A DNA stretch of 32,000 nucleotides from Halomicronema hongdechloris C2206 (GCF_002075285.3 NZ_CP021983.2:4620001-4652000); one strand, 5' to 3'. Shown: positions 7,968-18,219, numbered from the stretch's first letter. Numbers and translations: made by a program. Notes: generated by a model from the sequence alone, not told the origin.

Positions 7968-10900
7968 TACCAAAGACGTTTTCCTCCGCCTGCACTCGGG
8001 TTTGCAGCAGTCGCCCAAAGCCATCGGAATACTCCACCGTTGCGATCGCATCATCCCGTTGGGGTAAGGGCACATCGGTGTCATTGACATGGTGCTCCTG
8101 CTGAATCGTGCGTACCGAAATTGGCTGCTGTCGCTCCTCAAAGGCTAAAAAGTTATAGACCAGTCGGGTACCGGGCACCGCCAGGGTGTCTCCTACCGCC
8201 TCGTTGGCTTTCCCCATGACGGCTGTACTGGCCAGCAATCCCAACGGTGTAAAGGTAAAGGCCTGCCGATTCCCGTTTAGATCCATCACCTGGGAGGGCT
8301 GCATCACCCGGTAGTCGTATTCCGCTTGGGTAAAAAGACCAATCGGGTCAGTCACTGTCAGGGGCAGCAGCTCAAATGGGTCATAGGTGACGGTAGTATC
8401 TCGCCCCAACGGGTCACGAGTCATCTGCAACAGTCCCCGCCCTTGACCATCGGTACTGGTCTGAAAGTCATACTGCTGGCGAGCAGCGGTAACGAAATAG
8501 CCCCGTTCATGATGGGCATCCCCCGCATGAAAGACATAGCCCGCTAGCTGGGGAACTCCATCCCGGAAAGCTTGAGGATAGTCAGCACTCCAATTCGAGA
8601 CTGTCGCTGGCTGTAGATAAGGCGGCAGCTCTGGTGGATTCAGCACCGTGTCACCGCTGCGATACGCCCCCTGCAGAATGGTTTCTGTCAGCACCAGGGC
8701 TTCTGTACGAACCAGCGCCCCAAAATCTCCCAGGTCTCCCAGGGGCAGGCCCGTGAAAGCATCGCCGTCGTAGTAGTTGAAGCTTTGGCCAATCAACTCC
8801 CGTGTTACCGTTCCCGTGCGAATCGTCTCCCACAGGGCAAACAGCGGTGAGCTGCCGTCATTGAGAATTTCGTAGGTTTCGCTGTGAGCTGTGCGGTCCA
8901 CCATGTAGCGAGTGGCATCGTCCCGCTGGGCATAGGTCATCACCGCCTGAGTCGCCAGATAGGGCTCTGCTGAGGCCTGCGCCACTCGAAAATCTCGTTC
9001 CCTCGGCACGGCAATGCTGGCCTGCAGCCGCGACTGCCCATAGTCGTCGTAGTCCGTGGTAAAGCTGACCTGAGTCATGGGCTCTTCACCCCGCTCCCAT
9101 TGGGTGGTGCGCTGAGCCCATCCAAAGGGGAAGAAAATATGCAGCCGTTCCCTGTCCGCAGGGTCAGGAGGTGCTTCTTCCCGCACCCCATTTACCGATT
9201 CCGTCACGGTGTAGGGTCGGTCTTGGCGATCCGTAGCATCTAGGGCATAGAGTTCTGTCCGCAGCACCTGTCCTCGCAGCGTCCGCAGCGCATCTCGCTT
9301 TACTCGTCGCGGTAATCCTTTCAAGAACTCTGTGACATCTTGAGGACGCGCCAGCACCTGCGGGTCGCCTGCCCAATACTCATCGCTGTAGTCAATCTCT
9401 TCCCACTCACCAAACTCGTCTCCCACCGGTCCCTGATGAAACCAGGTCTTTGTCATGAGCGGCGGCGAGAAATATTTGGTGCGATCGCCGTCCACAGATA
9501 AAAAAGGAGCAGCTTCGCCGTGCAGCCCTACGTCGTTGTACGCCTCAAACACTTCGGTATCGCACTGCTCCACCCGACCAAAGCCACGAAACTCTCGCTC
9601 GGTTCCATCCCAATAGCCGTGGTGATACTTATATTCCGTGGTCAGTTTGCCCTGGGAAATCTGGTCAATCACCTCCACCCGCGAGACCACCTGCACCGGA
9701 AATGGCAGATTGGTTTTCCAGCGAGTTTCGGGGCGGACCTCATCCTCCAGATAAAACTCGATCGACGATCGATAGCCCACTCGAGTCAGCGACCCCATGT
9801 GGTTATCCATCTCATTCAGCAGGTAGGGCTTGACTCCCCCTGTGAAGTTCAGAAAGTACATGTGGCTGCGGCCCAGCTGCCGCACATCCGCACTCCACAA
9901 CACGCCGCTGATGCCCGTCCCCAGCAAATCCACCAGCCGCACCGCGTCCAGGTCAGTTACGGGGGGCGTGCCCTTAATCTCAATCGGGTCGCTCCAACCA
10001 TTGCCGCTCTGGTTGATCCACAGGATCACCTTGCAGTGATCGACATAAACAATGTCATCCAGCCCATCACCATCAATGTCGCCAATCAAAATCCGCCGGG
10101 GGTCATAGCCATAGACATAGCGGGGGCTATTGCGCATGGAAACTCGCTTGCCCCAGTTGCCATAGCCCAGGTTGGGCCAGTACTCGATATTGCCGTCATG
10201 GACCAGCACAATATCCTGCAGGCCATCCCCGGTCATATCGCCCCACTTCACCCGTGGGTCAGAAAAATTGACATTGGGGAAGGCTTCTAGATCACCCCGA
10301 TTGACTTGGCGGGTCTCCGTCCAGCCCCCATGGGAGTCGTTAAAGAAACACTCCAGCCGACTGCCAGAGCGGATGGCATCGGTGACCCCATCTCCGGTCA
10401 AATCGACCAACTGCACATCTGGGCTCTCCAGGTTAACGCTGGGGGCCACGTCATATTTCTGGAACGATTTGCGGTCCCATAAGCCGCCAAACCGTAGGGG
10501 AAAATAGCCGGAGAGTCGCTCGTTGGTGACCAGTAGATCAATGCGCCCATCCCCATTGGCATCAATCATCTGTACGCCGGGATCTGCCAGGGTCAAACCA
10601 CCCGGCGTGGTCTGCATCTCACGGGGCAGATCAAACCGCCCATTACCCAGATTGCGCCAGTAGCGCACCGTGCCGTTCATCTCCAGGATGTCCGGTAGGC
10701 CATTGCCAAATAAATCAGCCAGTTCCAGATCTGGGCTGGCCAGCGATTGGGCTGGTAAGTCTCTGCCTTCAATGGGGAAAAAGTCTCTGCCTAAAGGCTC
10801 AAATCGACTGTAGTCAAACTCCAGTGCTGGCAGGGTTTCCTGCAGCTCCCAGTCATGGCCAGTAACTTGCACCTGACTGAGTAAGGAAACACCATTCAGC

Positions 10901-11790
10901 GGCAATCGCTGAGTTAGATCTGCCAAATCATCCCGCTGGTCTAAATAACTAAACCGATAAGTCCGCACCAGCCGTTCTGCATCCGCGTGGGTGCACACCT
11001 GAATTTCCCGGCAGCGACGGCGCATGCGGATTTCAAACCCGGATCGATATTCCGAAAACGGATCGAGACGGTCTTCGTATTCGAAGGTGACAGAGACTAA
11101 GAATTGCGGGTCTTCTCGGTCTCCAAAGTCAGCATATTGAATGCGGCTCAAGTAAAGCTGGTCCCAGTGATGGGGGCCGTCTTCTCCCGAGTCCCGTTCA
11201 TACGCATACTCGATGCGATTGCCAAAGGAATCTTCCGTGCGAGACAGCTTCCAGGCAAAGACGTTGTCTCGGCGCAGCGAATCAGGATTGGCAATAATTG
11301 CCGGATCGGTTTCCCCATCTGGAACTTCAGCTGTGCCGTAATAACTGATCAGTCCGTCTTTGCTCCAGACTTTCCAATAGTTGTGGTTGGCGTCTTGGTG
11401 ATGTTCGATGCGGGCAAAAAGTCCCTCGGTGCGGGGCTGGTAGCGAGTGATTCCGGGCGATCGCTCCACCGGCACCAAATCTTCTGCGCCGGACAAAACA
11501 AAGGTGTCGCGATCGTCATAACGGGGAATGCCCTTAGACGTCTTGCGCATCACTCCAGGAATGCTGAGACCCCAGCCCAGGCCAAACACGCCGTTACCAT
11601 TGCCGGTGCTGTAGACCAGACTCAGCTCTGGCTGAAACCCATTGCGTCCAGGGGGCAGGGCTATGGGAACCGTAAAGTTCCCTGTGCCGGTGTGCAGGTC
11701 TGGCGAAAAGGTCTCGCCGATGCCGTGCAGGGCTCCGCCCCCTTGAGGCAGAGAAATAATTTGATTCGAGGCTCCGGACTTGTTGCTCAC
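7951..11790 (-). CDS. TcB-like Tc-toxin subunit (SpvB N-terminal domain, FG-GAP/VCBS propeller, TcdB mid domains, RHS/YD repeats), C-terminally truncated by the IS
   Basis: The SpvB-type N-terminus is ISLPQGGGALHGIGETFSPDLHTGTGNFTVPIALPPGRNGFQPELSLVYSTGNGNGVFGLGWGLSIP. There are six FG-GAP-like Ca-binding loops (FGNGLPDI, DANGDGRIDL, DLTGDGVTDA, DMTGDGLQDI, DIDGDGLDDI, DLLGTGISG). The mid-domain segment is EYKYHHGYWDGTEREFRGFGRVEQ. YD/RHS repeats include YDPFELLPLTVTDPIG and YSDGFGRLLQ. Native sequence ends at 7968, and the stop is IS-derived. Confidence 0.85.
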   Translation of the reverse strand: MSNKSGASNQIISLPQGGGALHGIGETFSPDLHTGTGNFTVPIALPPGRNGFQPELSLVYSTGNGNGVFGLGWGLSIPGVMRKTSKGIPRYDDRDTFVLSGAEDLVPVERSPGITRYQPRTEGLFARIEHHQDANHNYWKVWSKDGLISYYGTAEVPDGETDPAIIANPDSLRRDNVFAWKLSRTEDSFGNRIEYAYERDSGEDGPHHWDQLYLSRIQYADFGDREDPQFLVSVTFEYEDRLDPFSEYRSGFEIRMRRRCREIQVCTHADAERLVRTYRFSYLDQRDDLADLTQRLPLNGVSLLSQVQVTGHDWELQETLPALEFDYSRFEPLGRDFFPIEGRDLPAQSLASPDLELADLFGNGLPDILEMNGTVRYWRNLGNGRFDLPREMQTTPGGLTLADPGVQMIDANGDGRIDLLVTNERLSGYFPLRFGGLWDRKSFQKYDVAPSVNLESPDVQLVDLTGDGVTDAIRSGSRLECFFNDSHGGWTETRQVNRGDLEAFPNVNFSDPRVKWGDMTGDGLQDIVLVHDGNIEYWPNLGYGNWGKRVSMRNSPRYVYGYDPRRILIGDIDGDGLDDIVYVDHCKVILWINQSGNGWSDPIEIKGTPPVTDLDAVRLVDLLGTGISGVLWSADVRQLGRSHMYFLNFTGGVKPYLLNEMDNHMGSLTRVGYRSSIEFYLEDEVRPETRWKTNLPFPVQVVSRVEVIDQISQGKLTTEYKYHHGYWDGTEREFRGFGRVEQCDTEVFEAYNDVGLHGEAAPFLSVDGDRTKYFSPPLMTKTWFHQGPVGDEFGEWEEIDYSDEYWAGDPQVLARPQDVTEFLKGLPRRVKRDALRTLRGQVLRTELYALDATDRQDRPYTVTESVNGVREEAPPDPADRERLHIFFPFGWAQRTTQWERGEEPMTQVSFTTDYDDYGQSRLQASIAVPRERDFRVAQASAEPYLATQAVMTYAQRDDATRYMVDRTAHSETYEILNDGSSPLFALWETIRTGTVTRELIGQSFNYYDGDAFTGLPLGDLGDFGALVRTEALVLTETILQGAYRSGDTVLNPPELPPYLQPATVSNWSADYPQAFRDGVPQLAGYVFHAGDAHHERGYFVTAARQQYDFQTSTDGQGRGLLQMTRDPLGRDTTVTYDPFELLPLTVTDPIGLFTQAEYDYRVMQPSQVMDLNGNRQAFTFTPLGLLASTAVMGKANEAVGDTLAVPGTRLVYNFLAFEERQQPISVRTIQQEHHVNDTDVPLPQRDDAIATVEYSDGFGRLLQTRVQAEENVFGRMALT

Positions 11791-12149
11791 GGAAGCACCT
11801 CAATCTGAAGAGTTAAAAACTTATCCGGAAGGGAAAACTGCTGACAAGGAGATGCCTCAAGCTATCAAAATTTTTCTGAAAAAGCACAATGCCTTTAAGA
11901 TGAAATCTCGCTGTGACAGATGGATGTTGACATGTAGCATATAGGACCCTTCTCCTAGAGACACCCTAAATTTCTCCTAAGGCGATTTCAGAGCCAACAT
12001 AAAAATTAGGGATTCTGTCCTGAGTCACGCAAGGCATAGTAATCTCAGTAAAGGTAATTTTATATACAGAGAAATTCCCTTTTCAGGACAATGGAGATCC
12101 ATTATCGACAACACAAAAATTTTTATTCGGATATTATTCGAAATGACTT

Positions 12150-12191
12150 AAAAATGAGGCTTTGTCGCATGAATCGTGGAAGCGCAAAGCC
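12150..12191 (-). terminator. Rho-independent terminator downstream of the Hsp70-family gene
   Basis: The minus strand reads GGCTTTGCGC-ttccacgattcat-GCGaCAAAGCC followed by TCATTTTT. That is a 10-bp stem with one bulge, about 59 nt after the stop. Confidence 0.6.
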
Positions 12192-12249
12192 CTACCTTTC
12201 CCAATTCAAGCCGCCTTTTGCCTCCGTAAGCCTGGCTTTCGGCGTCAGC

Positions 12250-13842
12250 CTATCGCAGCTGCACCACGGGTTGATTGCGCAGTAGGGTCTCGTGGGTGAG
12301 CAGATCATCAACGGTGATGCAGAGGCGGCGGTCGGCATCTACCCAAAACTGCACTCGGATGCGATCGCATCCCGGCACCCCAGGCGGTTCCAGGCGGGCG
12401 ATGGTGCGACGGCCGTTGCGATCATTGAGAGGCTGCACATTCGTGCTATTGCCTGCTATGGGGCGCGTCACTAGCCGATTCTGTTCGAAATACACCTCCA
12501 TCGTGGGGGTTTCATCCCCCAGCTCCCCCAGCACCAACTCGATGCTGGGTTGCTTCTCGGCAGAGGCCCCCAGCAGCAGCTCCACCGGCTGCTCCATGGG
12601 ATAGGCTTGCCCCTGCTTGATGATCGGATGCCAACCATGGCGGTTCTGGCGCCGATCCCAATAGCGAATGCCATAACTGTGGTAGAGAAAATCTTCGATC
12701 TTGGTGCCCTGATACAGCTGCAGAGCCCCTTCGGCAATGGCCTGGAAGGGACGCTCACAGCGCAGCCGCTCTGAGTCAAAATACTGCTGCACCCAAGCCT
12801 GGACCGCAGGCATCTGGGCCGTGCCCCCCACCAGGGCCACCGCTTCGATGTCCTCGGGAGCGATCCCCTGGCGGCGAGCCTGTTGCAACACCTGGTTCAT
12901 GCGCTCATCTAGGCGTTGGAAAAATCCCTGCCGGTGCAAAATCTGTTCTAGATGCGATCGCGTCAAGGCCAGGTCGTAACTCTCCAGGGTCTCATCGTCG
13001 AAGTAGGCCTCCCTGGCCTCCTCCTGGGTCGACAGTTGAATCTTTAAGCGTTCCACCAACCGCAGCGTCAGGGGCGACAGGGGCACCGCCTGAGTGGTGT
13101 GAAAGTAATCGGCCAACCAATGATCGATATCGGCGCCGCCCAGGTTTTCGGCGGCCTTAGCCAGCACCCGAGCCACCTGCACCCGTTGCCCCGACCGCTC
13201 CGCCAGCGAGGCTTGCCCCCACTTCAAAATGAATCCCAAGGGCTTACGATCCTCTGGCAGCTGCAGCTGTACCAGGGAGAAGTCCAAGGTACCGCCGCCA
13301 AAGTCAATCACCAGCAACGTCCGCTTGCCGGTGAGTCCATACCCCAAAGCCGCCGCCGTCGGCTCATCCAACAGCCGTACCTGCTCCACCGCCAGCCCAC
13401 GACAGAGATCCCCCAACCAATGGCGATAGGCCTCAAAACTATCCACCGGCACCGTCATCACCAGAGACGACGCCTCCCCCGCTGCCGCCATCGCCTGCTC
13501 GATCACGCGCTCTAGAAACCACTGCCCCACCTGCTCAAACCGAATCGCCTGGCCTTCCAGTTCTGGCAAGAAGCCCTGAATGTCGGTGCCGATGCCCCGC
13601 TTGAAGTTGCGAAAAAAGCGAGCGTCTGCTCCCTGATCTAGACCGCGGTCACGGACCGCCTGGCCAATGAGCACATGCTCATTGGCCACCGACTCAACAT
13701 AGACCAGACTGGGGATCAGCGGTGGATTCGCTCCCAAGACCTGGCTAATGGCTGGCAGCGATAGAATCTCAGACTGCTGAGTAACCGCATTCCAACGGGC
13801 GACAACGGTATTACTGGTTCCGAAATCAATGGCGATGGTCAT
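12250..13842 (-). CDS. Atypical short Hsp70-family (DnaK-like) ATPase, 530 aa
   Basis: Actin-fold phosphate-1 motif IAIDFGTSNTVVA, phosphate-2 LVIDFGGGTLDFSLV and adenosine motif VALVGGTAQMPAV are present. The C-terminal ~150 aa looks like a beta-sandwich, but the helical lid and EEVD tail of canonical DnaK are missing. Confidence 0.85.
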   Translation of the reverse strand: MTIAIDFGTSNTVVARWNAVTQQSEILSLPAISQVLGANPPLIPSLVYVESVANEHVLIGQAVRDRGLDQGADARFFRNFKRGIGTDIQGFLPELEGQAIRFEQVGQWFLERVIEQAMAAAGEASSLVMTVPVDSFEAYRHWLGDLCRGLAVEQVRLLDEPTAAALGYGLTGKRTLLVIDFGGGTLDFSLVQLQLPEDRKPLGFILKWGQASLAERSGQRVQVARVLAKAAENLGGADIDHWLADYFHTTQAVPLSPLTLRLVERLKIQLSTQEEAREAYFDDETLESYDLALTRSHLEQILHRQGFFQRLDERMNQVLQQARRQGIAPEDIEAVALVGGTAQMPAVQAWVQQYFDSERLRCERPFQAIAEGALQLYQGTKIEDFLYHSYGIRYWDRRQNRHGWHPIIKQGQAYPMEQPVELLLGASAEKQPSIELVLGELGDETPTMEVYFEQNRLVTRPIAGNSTNVQPLNDRNGRRTIARLEPPGVPGCDRIRVQFWVDADRRLCITVDDLLTHETLLRNQPVVQLR

Positions 13843-13904
13843 AGGCGCAGCGAACTGACTGCAGATGAATATTCCCTAACCTATCAAATTCGGGGATCAT
13901 CGAG

Positions 13905-15047
13905 TCAGTGCCTGGGAGTATCTTGTGGTTGCGATGGGGGGGACTCTACTGCCGGGGGGCTTGGCTGCCGTTCTCGACCCAGCCATCGCCATGCGATTGT
14001 CACCACCGTAATCAGCGTGAGGGGGATGACAAAGAGCAACATGACTCGACTGAATAGGGCGATGTGCTCATAGTCTGCGGCGCGAAAGATTAAATAGGCA
14101 CTGTAGGCCACGTAATAACCTAAAAACAACAGCCCCTCCCAACGGGAAATGACATTGCCCGTGGCGAAAATGGGCAAACAGGCCACCGCCACGACCACCA
14201 CGATGGGCAGGTCAAATCGCAAGGCCGATGCCGCCACCGGAATACCATCCCAGGAAAATACAGCTGCTGCCCCCAACACCGAGAGAATATTGAAAATATT
14301 ACTGCCGATCACATTGCCGACGGCGATATCGCGCTCGCCCCGTAGACTGGCCACTACTGAGGTGGCCAATTCCGGCAGGGACGTGCCAGCAGCAATGATG
14401 GTCAAGCCGATCACTAATTCACTCAGGCCCAACCCCTGTGCGATCGCAACCGCCCCCCGTACCAGCAGCCGGGAGCCTACCACCAAAAAGCTACCCCCAA
14501 TCACCACCAATAACGGATTGATCACCCAAGCCCGTAGAGAGGGTTTACCACGGCCATAAGCCTCGGCATATTCCGCCTGAACCTGACAATCTTGCTCCCC
14601 GCGACTCTGCACCACCAAAAACAGCGTGTAGACAATGCTGCCCCCGAGTAGGATGACGCCGTCTGAAGCATGGAGAGTGCCATCTAGGGCAAACAGCAAC
14701 AGCAGACCAGACACCCCAATCAAAATTGGCACATCTAATCGAATCAACTGCTGCGCCACCGTCAACGGCATGGCCACCGCCGATAGCCCCAATATCATCA
14801 GCACATTAAAAATATTGCTGCCCAAGACATTACCCAGGGCAATGTCCCCTTGATTAGCCAAAGCCGCCTGAATACTAACAGCCAGTTCCGGCGCACTAGT
14901 GCCATAGGCCACGATGGTGAGGCCGATGACCAAGGGAGATAACCCAATCAAAATAGCCAAGCGGGCAGCCCCCCTGACCAGACACTCCGCTCCCAATAGC
15001 AGCAGTAAACCACCACTAAGCAAGGCAAGGATGGCGTAGATAGTCAT
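13905..15047 (-). CDS. CaCA-family calcium/sodium antiporter (YrbG-like)
   Basis: Two alpha-repeat signatures are present (GNVLGSNIFNVLMILG and GNVIGSNIFNILSVLG; GTSAPE/GTSLPE). The polytopic hydrophobic profile suggests about 10 TM segments. Confidence 0.9.
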   Translation of the reverse strand: MTIYAILALLSGGLLLLLGAECLVRGAARLAILIGLSPLVIGLTIVAYGTSAPELAVSIQAALANQGDIALGNVLGSNIFNVLMILGLSAVAMPLTVAQQLIRLDVPILIGVSGLLLLFALDGTLHASDGVILLGGSIVYTLFLVVQSRGEQDCQVQAEYAEAYGRGKPSLRAWVINPLLVVIGGSFLVVGSRLLVRGAVAIAQGLGLSELVIGLTIIAAGTSLPELATSVVASLRGERDIAVGNVIGSNIFNILSVLGAAAVFSWDGIPVAASALRFDLPIVVVVAVACLPIFATGNVISRWEGLLFLGYYVAYSAYLIFRAADYEHIALFSRVMLLFVIPLTLITVVTIAWRWLGRERQPSPPAVESPPSQPQDTPRH

Positions 15048-15132
15048 AAAGCTAATGAGTCACTGCTGCAGTACATAAGAAGCATTTCCTAGCTTCCCAT
15101 GATTTCCAGAGGTTTCGCCTGCCCCTCAAGCC

Positions 15133-17178
15133 TCAGGCCCGGAGATTGCCTACCATCATGACCGAGCATCCCAGTTCCTGCACCCACTGAGCTGACCCAT
15201 CACTGCTCGTCAGCAGACTGCTACTGGCATGATGACGCATCGAGCCTACCAGCACGAGATCGTAGTGGCACGACAGGCGCAGAATTACTGGAATAACCGC
15301 GGTATCCGCCACTAATGTGATGTCTATTTCCAGGGGAGTAGTCGAGTCTGCCACCAATTGGGAGAGCTGCGTCCTGAAATCCGTAATCTGGGAGTCAGGC
15401 GTCCGAGGATCATAGACATGGAGTAAAGTCAATTTAGCCTGATTGGCCACAGCCAGCTGCTGGCCCAGATTCATGACCTGAATCGATTGGGGAACTAAGG
15501 CTTTGATCGGCACCAGCAAGCGCCGCAGATGACTAGGGTTGTCCAGTAGTCGGGTCATGGCTACAGGGCAATGAGCATTGCGTAATACCCCGTCAATCAC
15601 GTTCCCCAACAGACGAGCCTGTAAGGTATCCCACTCGCTCCATCCCATGACAATCAAATCAGCCTGTTGTTCTCGACTGGTCCGACAAATGCCCAAGACC
15701 GGATCATCATCAATACGGATAATACTTTCAATCGGCGTGCCAAACGGCCGGGCTAGGGTTTCAGCCCGCTGCAACAATTGCTGACTGCGGGCAATGCCAT
15801 CGTTAACAGCGTCGTCGTCTAACCAGGAGCTAGCAGTCACCACCGACAGGGCAATTAGCCGACCGGCCTCTCCCCGTAATAGGGCACCCAGTTGAATCAG
15901 GCCGGCCTCTGTCAAGGGATTGGCGATGGGAACCAGCACCGTTAGGGTCTTCCGATGGGGAGACGCCAAGGACATAGCCGGGGACAAGGGTAAAGCTAAG
16001 GGGGGTGGGGATAACCTCACTGCTGCCTGGGCTGTGATAAATGGTCCCAAGATGGCTGTAATCAGCATCATCACCAGCACACTGTTGAGAATGCGCTCGT
16101 CCAATAGCCCCACTCGATATCCCACCAAGGTGGCCGCCAGAGTAGCCGCCACCTGGGGTAGCGACAGAGACCACATGGTGAACATCTGTGGCCAGCTATA
16201 GTGATACCAATAGCGACTGCAGAGAGCCGCCAGGAACTTACTAGCCATCAGCCCTACCACAATACTCAAACAGAGCCAGATGGAGGTCAGCGTCTTCAAA
16301 AAAGCCGGCAAATCGATCAACAGCCCCATATCCACAAAAAAGATGGGGATGAACAGCACGCTACCCACAAACACCACCTTTTCCTTGACTGGCCCTTCCT
16401 TGAGCACATGGTTCACAGCCAATCCGGCTAAAAAGGCGCCGACAATTTTTTCCACCCCAACGATTTGAGCCCCTACTGCCGCCAAAAAGAGGGCCAACAG
16501 AATGAATAAAAACTGATTGCCCTCATCTTCGCGAGAACGCCGCAGGAATGCCTGCCCCACTCGAGTGACCCCGACTAATACCACCACCACGTACAAAGCA
16601 ATGGCCATCACCATCACCAGACCTCTCTGCACGGTCAATTCACCGGCATTGAGGGCGGTACACAGGGCCAGCACTAGCAACGCGGCGATATCAGTCAGAA
16701 TTGTGCCGCCAATGGTCACCACCACGGCTTCATTGCCAGCCACCCCTAGCCGCCGCACAATCGAGTACCCCAATGGCGTATGGGAAGACAATAAAGAGCC
16801 CAGTAAAATCGATGCAGTCCAGCCCAGCCCAGATAAACGGCCAATTAGGCTACCGACAATCAGCGGCAGGGCAAAGGTGAGACTGCCAAACCCCAAGGCC
16901 CGGTGGCGTAGTTTGCGAAACTCCTCCAGTTCGATCTCTAGGCCAGCCACAAACAGCAGATAGATTACCCCGATATCCGATAGTAAGGTCATGGTTTCTG
17001 ACTCAGAACTGAGCCAGCCCAATCCATTGGGACCAAAAACAACCCCCGCTAGGAGTAACCCCACCAGATCCGGTAGATGCAGCTGTTTAATTAACGGTGG
17101 CACCGTCAAAATGATGGCCAGCAGCAGCGTAAACGGTCCCAGAGGGTTGTCATAGAAAAACGAGAGCACCAAATCCAT
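15133..17178 (-). CDS. CPA2-family cation:proton antiporter with C-terminal tandem universal-stress-protein (USP)-like domains
   Basis: The ~400-aa polytopic N-terminal half has Na+/H+ exchanger-like segments (LLLAGVVFGPNGLG, GLEIELEEFRK). The cytoplasmic half contains two USP-like units (TVLVPIANP...ADLIVMGW and RLLVPIKAL...YDLVLVGS). Confidence 0.85.
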   Translation of the reverse strand: MDLVLSFFYDNPLGPFTLLLAIILTVPPLIKQLHLPDLVGLLLAGVVFGPNGLGWLSSESETMTLLSDIGVIYLLFVAGLEIELEEFRKLRHRALGFGSLTFALPLIVGSLIGRLSGLGWTASILLGSLLSSHTPLGYSIVRRLGVAGNEAVVVTIGGTILTDIAALLVLALCTALNAGELTVQRGLVMVMAIALYVVVVLVGVTRVGQAFLRRSREDEGNQFLFILLALFLAAVGAQIVGVEKIVGAFLAGLAVNHVLKEGPVKEKVVFVGSVLFIPIFFVDMGLLIDLPAFLKTLTSIWLCLSIVVGLMASKFLAALCSRYWYHYSWPQMFTMWSLSLPQVAATLAATLVGYRVGLLDERILNSVLVMMLITAILGPFITAQAAVRLSPPPLALPLSPAMSLASPHRKTLTVLVPIANPLTEAGLIQLGALLRGEAGRLIALSVVTASSWLDDDAVNDGIARSQQLLQRAETLARPFGTPIESIIRIDDDPVLGICRTSREQQADLIVMGWSEWDTLQARLLGNVIDGVLRNAHCPVAMTRLLDNPSHLRRLLVPIKALVPQSIQVMNLGQQLAVANQAKLTLLHVYDPRTPDSQITDFRTQLSQLVADSTTPLEIDITLVADTAVIPVILRLSCHYDLVLVGSMRHHASSSLLTSSDGSAQWVQELGCSVMMVGNLRA

Positions 17179-17318
17179 AGTCGAGCCCTAGATGAATTTG
17201 ATTGGCAAGGCGAATCCAGCCCACCATGTTCCAAGTTGGACTTGGTCGGGTGATTTCTCCCGACCGATGACCTCTCCCAACCTGTTGTTAACCTCCTGAA
17301 GAACGGTTCCCCAGTTCG

Positions 17319-18080
17319 TCAGATGCCAGAGCCATCCAGGAATTCTTCGATGGCCCGATCTCGAAGACGACAGCTGTCTTTGCTGGCGTGGGCTCCTACC
17401 CTGACAGGTACCTGGGTCTGGGCGCGCAGAGTGTCCAGTTGTTGCTCTAAAGATTCGATACGGTCGACTAGGGCTCGAATCACCTGGGCTTCAGAGTCAG
17501 GTAGACGACCATGCTCCAGGGGATCAACTCGCTCGCTACCGCGATAAACAATACGGCCAGGAACCCCCACGACAGTGCAGTCAGCCGGCACTTCTCGCAA
17601 TACCACCGACCCAGCCCCGACGCGGGCATGGTCTCCGATGCAAATGTTACCCAGCACCTTGGCCCCAGCCCCGACGACTACATGGTTTCCTAAGGTGGGA
17701 TGGCGCTTGCCGCTTTCCTTGCCGGTCCCTCCTAGGGTGACGCCTTGGTAGATCAAGACATAGTTGCCGATAATGGTGGTCTCGCCGATTACCACCCCCA
17801 TGCCATGGTCGATGAAGACGCCGCGACCAATGGTGGCACCGGGATGGATTTCGATGCCGGTGAGAAACCGAGCGACATGAGATAGCAGGCGGGGAATTAG
17901 AGGTAGCTTCACTCCCCAGAGCCCGTGGGCAATACGATGAAATAGAAGTGCCTGCAGCCCTGGATAGCAAAACAATACCTCTAGCCAGTTGCGAGCCGCC
18001 GGGTCTCGCTCGAAGATGATTCGAAAGTCTTCCGCTAGGGTCTTTAGCACAAGCCTTGCCTCGCCGATCTGTCTGGCCAA
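17319..18080 (-). CDS. cysE: Serine O-acetyltransferase
   Basis: The SATase N-terminal helix region is [30 protein letters not shown]. The left-handed beta-helix hexapeptide run is [67 protein letters not shown]. Confidence 0.93.
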   Translation of the reverse strand: MARQIGEARLVLKTLAEDFRIIFERDPAARNWLEVLFCYPGLQALLFHRIAHGLWGVKLPLIPRLLSHVARFLTGIEIHPGATIGRGVFIDHGMGVVIGETTIIGNYVLIYQGVTLGGTGKESGKRHPTLGNHVVVGAGAKVLGNICIGDHARVGAGSVVLREVPADCTVVGVPGRIVYRGSERVDPLEHGRLPDSEAQVIRALVDRIESLEQQLDTLRAQTQVPVRVGAHASKDSCRLRDRAIEEFLDGSGI

Positions 18081-18219
18081 TTTGTATAGGATTGCCTAAG
18101 TGTCAAGTCCCACTCAGGGGCCGGAGATTTTCCTTAAGCAAACCTCCAGGTCTAGACTTGAACAAGTTTTATCCAAATCAAGGTCTATCTTAGCGTGCAG
18201 CGGGCAGGCATTGATGGCC

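Noticed and set aside
9520-11808. Long plus-strand ORFs 9520-10290 (256 aa), 10172-10507 and 11104-11808 (234 aa)
   Set aside because: They lie entirely inside the TcB-like gene on the opposite strand. Long antisense ORFs are expected in GC-rich coding DNA, and the translations are low-complexity (H/P/R/I-rich) without motifs.
12091-12285. Track ORF of 64 aa in the AT-rich spacer
   Set aside because: It spans the Hsp70 terminator hairpin and overlaps the Hsp70 3' end. It has no RBS and shows AT-rich codon usage unlike every confident gene here.
12275-17970. Numerous 60-150-aa track ORFs antisense to or off-frame within the Hsp70, antiporter and cysE genes
   Set aside because: All are nested in well-supported genes on the other strand or in another frame. 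None has independent evidence such as an RBS, a motif or its own intergenic space.
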